Shown in pieces: positions 59,906 to 64,000 of a DNA stretch of 64,000 nucleotides (within the stretch, counting starts at the first letter, position 1; every line of letters starts with the position of its first letter). The stretch comes from an uncultured virus (IMG/VR IMGVR_UViG_3300008113_000102) (Duplodnaviria > Heunggongvirae > Uroviricota > Caudoviricetes): IMG/VR virus record IMGVR_UViG_3300008113_000102. One strand, 5' to 3'. The position numbers were made by a program, and so were the translations under genes. The notes beneath the pieces were generated by a model. It saw only the letters and a program-made list of their open reading frames with translations, made no database searches and was not told where the DNA came from.

Positions 59906-60634
59906 TTAATTTAAAGTTTTTCCTAATTCCTGTTGTCTTTTCTTGTAAGCTTCAAAATCGTTATTTTTATAAATCTGCTGCTTTGGTAAATCTAAACCAA
60001 CCAATTCATCATTCCATGAACTGTTGTTAAAGAAAGTTTGAGGATCCTTCCTGAATTTTTTATCTGGTTGGATAGTCTTGTATTTTGGTAAATAGTCAAT
60101 GATTGATTTTCTATCTGAATCTTGCAATGACTCCCACTTCTTTTTTAACTTATCCTTATCACCCACTTTCTTGTCATATAAATCCCAAAAAATATCAAAC
60201 GATATATTTATTTCTTTTATTTCCTTTCCTTTTATTTCCTTTCCTTTCCTTTCCTTTTTAGCATTGCTATCGGATTGCGTTTGCATTGCGTTCGCATTTT
60301 CCCATCTGTAACTAGCTGATTTTCTTGCTTTTGCGCTCTTGTCATTTCTTTGTTCAAGTCTTTCTTGTACAGAATTACTGCCAAAATAATCACCATTAAA
60401 AATGAATAAATCAAAGTCATTTACTACGCTCGCTACTAAGTCGCTATCCGACCTTAAGTCATACGCAATGCCTTCGTAATCCATTCGCAATGCGTTCGCA
60501 TTATTATATAAATCCTCAACTATTGACCAAAAAACACCATAGCCCTGCATACCATGTTTTCTAATCAACCTTTTAATCTTCTCATCATTACGAGCATTAT
60601 AGTCGTGTGAGAAGTAGAATGTATCTTTTGGCAT
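59906..60634 (-). CDS. Replication initiator-like protein (DUF4373/Lin1244-like N-terminus)
   Basis: YFSHDYNARNDEKI...GMQGYGVFW; FDIFWDLYDKKVG...PQTFFN. Confidence 0.8.
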   Translation of the reverse strand: MPKDTFYFSHDYNARNDEKIKRLIRKHGMQGYGVFWSIVEDLYNNANALRMDYEGIAYDLRSDSDLVASVVNDFDLFIFNGDYFGSNSVQERLEQRNDKSAKARKSASYRWENANAMQTQSDSNAKKERKGKEIKGKEIKEINISFDIFWDLYDKKVGDKDKLKKKWESLQDSDRKSIIDYLPKYKTIQPDKKFRKDPQTFFNNSSWNDELVGLDLPKQQIYKNNDFEAYKKRQQELGKTLN

Positions 60635-60643
60635 TTTTATTAC

Positions 60644-60841
60644 TTAATCGTTTACTAAATCGGTTTTCAAAGCTTCATTTATGCGAGTAATTTCACTATC
60701 AGTGAATAATAACTTACCCTGCATCTTGCGTGATAATTCCGATTCTGGTATCTTGGCATTTAATGAAAGCCAACGCTGTGTACGACCATCCATGGCTTCC
60801 TTGATTCGTTCATGAAGCTTCATTGTTTTAATTTCTTCCAT
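60644..60841 (-). CDS. Cro/CI-type HTH regulator
   Basis: TQRWLS...IPESELSRKMQG; divergent-promoter position. Confidence 0.75.
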   Translation of the reverse strand: MEEIKTMKLHERIKEAMDGRTQRWLSLNAKIPESELSRKMQGKLLFTDSEITRINEALKTDLVND

Positions 60842-60860
60842 AAAATTTATTGTTGAACAG

Positions 60861-60947
60861 CAAAAATAGTATTAATTTTTAAATTCCCAAATATTTTTAA
60901 TTTTTTTTAAAAATAATTTTGTGGTTTAATTAATTTAATTAAATTTG
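60861..60947. promoter_or_regulatory. Divergent promoter region
   Basis: TATTTTTG on - (60861-60868); TTTG-18 nt-TAAATTTG on + (60918-60947). Confidence 0.65.
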
Positions 60948-61077
60948 CAAATGGAAAATAGGGAACTAATATATGAGCTGGCTAAAAAGCTTGATTTAAT
61001 AATAGAAGTAACAAAGGATGGTAAATACACTGGTAAATATAGATTCATAAATAATAAACTACATAAATTAAACGAAG

Positions 61078-61614
61078 ATGAGAAACTCAACGATAATAGT
61101 AAAGAAAAAAAGGTGCGTTAGATGCGGTAACATTGATTACCATTTTTCTAAAAAGATGTGTAAGCAATGCGCTACTATTGAATCTACTCAAAGAAGAATG
61201 GAAGAATTTGAAGATGATGGTGAAAGCTTTCAAAATCTTGTTTCAGATTTAGATCATGTATTCAGCCAGTACATTAGATGTAAATATGCCGGCAAAGATG
61301 GCATGGTAGAATGTTATACATCTGGCAAAAAGATGAGGTGGCAGGAGATACAATGCGGCCACTTTATACCAAGGGCAAATCTTGGAACTAGATGGTTAGA
61401 AGCTAATTGTAGACCACAATCAATGGAAGAAAATTACTTTAAGATGGGTAATTTGGAAGAGTTTGAATATAAGTTAGACGCAGAGAATAATGGTGTTGTA
61501 GAATACTTGAGAGAAACAGCAAGGCAGGTTGCTAAGCCAACTAAGGATGAATTAAAAGCTTTAATCATTGAATATAGGTCCAAATTAAATTTGGTAAAGA
61601 AGAAGTTTAATTAA
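61078..61614 (+). CDS. ninG: NinG/Rap-like recombination endonuclease
   Basis: LDHVFSQYIR...C...CGHFIPR...TRW...NCRPQ. Confidence 0.8.
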   Translation: MRNSTIIVKKKRCVRCGNIDYHFSKKMCKQCATIESTQRRMEEFEDDGESFQNLVSDLDHVFSQYIRCKYAGKDGMVECYTSGKKMRWQEIQCGHFIPRANLGTRWLEANCRPQSMEENYFKMGNLEEFEYKLDAENNGVVEYLRETARQVAKPTKDELKALIIEYRSKLNLVKKKFN

Positions 61615-61676
61615 ATTTATTTTTTTAATTAAATTAATTAAATTAATTTTGTATTCAAACATTAAAAACACATAAA

Positions 61677-61874
61677 ATGGCAAGAAACATTAGTCCAGAT
61701 TCGGTATCAAGTAAAGTATCGGATCTCAAAGTAGGAGAAAGTTTACTATTAGAAAACCCATATACTTCAGTAATGGTTATGGTTTCTAATCTTAAAAGAA
61801 AAGAAGAGCATAAAGCAAAGGTATTCAAAATCAAAGCAGAGGACAAGCAAACCAATGTAACCAGATTAAAATAA
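61677..61874 (+). CDS. Small basic protein
   Basis: 65 aa ORF after a TAATTTTG element. Confidence 0.65.
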   Translation: MARNISPDSVSSKVSDLKVGESLLLENPYTSVMVMVSNLKRKEEHKAKVFKIKAEDKQTNVTRLK

Positions 61875-61879
61875 GTAAT

Positions 61880-62251
61880 ATGCATATACAAACCATTAAC
61901 TACACCAGAACATTTAATTTAGGTAACTATTCATCAGAAAAAATAGGGGTTGAGTTTGCTTTGAATCCGGGTGAATCAGCAGATAAGGCTCTTGATAATG
62001 CAAGGCAACTGGTTGAAGAGTACCATAAAAAAAGTGTTAAACAAATTGAAGAAGCTGGCCTTTATTTTGAACAAGATGAACCAATTGTTGAAAAAGTAAT
62101 CCCAACACAATCAAAAAAGACACTAACAGAAAGAACAAAAGAGTTTATTAATTCTTGCACAACAAAACAGGAGTTAAAAGCTTGGGAACTAATGTGTAAA
62201 AATAATTCTGAATTGCTGGAATATTATAATAACAAACTAAACAACCTTTAA
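61880..62251 (+). CDS. Hypothetical protein
   Basis: RTFNLGNYSSEKI motif. Confidence 0.7.
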   Translation: MHIQTINYTRTFNLGNYSSEKIGVEFALNPGESADKALDNARQLVEEYHKKSVKQIEEAGLYFEQDEPIVEKVIPTQSKKTLTERTKEFINSCTTKQELKAWELMCKNNSELLEYYNNKLNNL

Positions 62252-62253
62252 TT

Positions 62254-62982
62254 ATGAAATGGAATGAAACACTTATTAGATCAAGTTCTGTTGGTTATTT
62301 AATGACCGAGCCGGTAACTAAAGCTGACAAAGAAGCTGGAGTTCTTTCTAAAACCGCTCAAAAACATTTAATTGAAGTTTATATCGCTGAAAAATATGGC
62401 AGAAGGAGAGATATACAAACAAAACAAATGAAAAAAGGTATTGAAGTTGAAGATGATTCAATTGACCTTTTAAATAATTTTTGGGGAGTGGATTATGGTA
62501 AAAATGAACATAGGTTTACTAATGATTACATATCAGGGCATCCAGATATAATCACTGTTAACCCAAATAAAGTTATTGATATTAAATCAAGCTATGATCT
62601 TTGGACATTCTTAGGGAATATACCAGATAAACTTGATAACTTATATTACTGGCAGCTCCAGTCTTACATGTGGCTTACAGATGCTACTAGTGGACATATT
62701 GCATACTGTCTTGTTAATACACCATTCAATATTGTTGAGCAAGAGAAAAGATACTTACTTAATAAGATGAATGTTGTTTCAGAAGAAAGCCCAGAATATG
62801 TAAAAGAATCAATGAAGCTTGAGTTTAATATGACATTTGATGATATTGCTATTTCAGAAAGAATATTAATATTCAATGTGGAAAGGAATGAAGATGATAT
62901 TTTAAGGATTCAACATAAAGTAGAAAAAGCAAGAGAATTTTTATTTGAACTTGAAAACAAACATTTAAATTTCAATAAATGA
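62254..62982 (+). CDS. YqaJ/lambda-exonuclease-like PD-(D/E)xK nuclease
   Basis: MKKGIEVE, GHPD...DIKSS, YYWQLQSYM. Confidence 0.85.
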   Translation: MKWNETLIRSSSVGYLMTEPVTKADKEAGVLSKTAQKHLIEVYIAEKYGRRRDIQTKQMKKGIEVEDDSIDLLNNFWGVDYGKNEHRFTNDYISGHPDIITVNPNKVIDIKSSYDLWTFLGNIPDKLDNLYYWQLQSYMWLTDATSGHIAYCLVNTPFNIVEQEKRYLLNKMNVVSEESPEYVKESMKLEFNMTFDDIAISERILIFNVERNEDDILRIQHKVEKAREFLFELENKHLNFNK

Positions 62983-63329
62983 ACGGAGCTAATGTCATAA
63001 GTGCAATCCAAAATCTAAAAATGGCCCAAGAGCAATTAGAAGATTTTTGCAGGCAGTTCCCCAACTCACAGGGAGAAAGGATATTTAAAAATTATAGTAA
63101 AAAGATAGATTGGATTTTTAATGATATTATAACCCACCCGTTTCTTACAACTGAAGTTAGGATTGGAATTAAAAACGAAATACAAAGTGATGTTTTTGCG
63201 GTCCCGGCTATTGTTGAAAAGATAGCTTTGTTAAATCCAAACCAAAGAGAAATTATAGAATCTACATTAGATGCTATGATAGACGGAGAAGAAGTAAAAA
63301 TTGTTGACATTAACGAAATAAATAAATAA
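62979..63329 (+). CDS. Hypothetical protein
   Basis: 116 aa ORF. Confidence 0.7.
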   Translation: MNGANVISAIQNLKMAQEQLEDFCRQFPNSQGERIFKNYSKKIDWIFNDIITHPFLTTEVRIGIKNEIQSDVFAVPAIVEKIALLNPNQREIIESTLDAMIDGEEVKIVDINEINK

Positions 63330-63331
63330 AA

Positions 63332-63610
63332 ATGGCTAAGAAAAAAGAAGAATTAAATTTACCCACTAATGCAGAAGTTTTAGATGGATGTGATTTTTGT
63401 ATGCAATTTGATTACGATGAACCACATGTAATTGGAGCCAGCGAAAACTCAGATGGAGTAATGGAAATTGTATTGAAGTCTTACATGGATGTTGGTATAA
63501 CATTTTTATGCCCAACCACCGGAAAGAAGCTAAGACTATTTGCAAGACCATTATCAGATAAAGGAAAACAAATTTTAGAAATGCAAGAAGAACAAAATAA
63601 CCAACAATAA
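63332..63610 (+). CDS. Hypothetical protein
   Basis: 92 aa ORF. Confidence 0.7.
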   Translation: MAKKKEELNLPTNAEVLDGCDFCMQFDYDEPHVIGASENSDGVMEIVLKSYMDVGITFLCPTTGKKLRLFARPLSDKGKQILEMQEEQNNQQ

Positions 63611-63620
63611 AACCAACCAA

Positions 63621-64000
63621 ATGAAAAAGTTAATAACAACCACCCTAATCATTATTTTTTTAGTCAATACTGCTATGTCGCAGATATTTGATGGCATTAA
63701 TTTAAAAGAAGATAGAAACCTATTATTATCAAAGTTAAAAACAAAAGGATTTACTTTTGATTACGCAGCAGGTGAAACCACAAAGCTATCAGGAGAATAC
63801 GATAACAAGCTTACTAGAGTGTACATTGTCAATACTATTAAATCAAATAAACCAGTTGTATTAACAGCTTATGTTGGAGATGCTAATACATGGGATGAAT
63901 TGCTTGCAAACTATAAAAAGTATGTAAAAGTATTTTCAGATAAATACGGCAACCCAGATGCTTATTCAGAATCATTTAAACCACCATACGACAAAGACTT
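63621..64000 (+). CDS. Exported protein, cut off by the window end
   Basis: MKKLITTTLIIIFLVNTAMSQ signal peptide; frame open to 64000. Confidence 0.7.
   Translation, partial: MKKLITTTLIIIFLVNTAMSQIFDGINLKEDRNLLLSKLKTKGFTFDYAAGETTKLSGEYDNKLTRVYIVNTIKSNKPVVLTAYVGDANTWDELLANYKKYVKVFSDKYGNPDAYSESFKPPYDKD

Noticed and set aside
1..64000. tRNA, rRNA, stop-codon reassignment, DNA or RNA polymerase, integrase
   Set aside because: None recognised by eye; long ORFs are intact under the standard code; such genes may lie outside the window

Overview
The window is most of a tailed dsDNA phage genome, AT-rich and podovirus-like. The likely host is a Bacteroidota species, judged from repeated TAnnTTTG (-7) promoter elements, A-rich leaders without Shine-Dalgarno sites and the gene families present. 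Order: G-rich non-coding end; + strand early region of small ORFs (0.4-8 kb); glycosyltransferase/methyltransferase and lysis genes (8-19.5 kb); a long - strand morphogenesis block with tail fibre, ejection proteins, tail, capsid, portal and terminase (19.5-55.8 kb); replication, regulation and recombination genes (57-64 kb). The standout is four intact type I hammerhead ribozymes at gene junctions of the early transcript (930-991, 1433-1485, 1962-2067, 3001-3051). They share a near-invariant stem I (GGUUAA/UUAACC), sit on or next to stop codons, and would cut exactly 22, 22, 45 and 45 nt before the next start codon. This suggests a self-processing, possibly self-circularising early operon. 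Second is an apparent virion O-glycosylation system: several protein-glycosyltransferase-like genes plus Thr/Ser-rich tracts on probable structural proteins. All protein calls come from motif recognition by eye; no database search or folding program was run.
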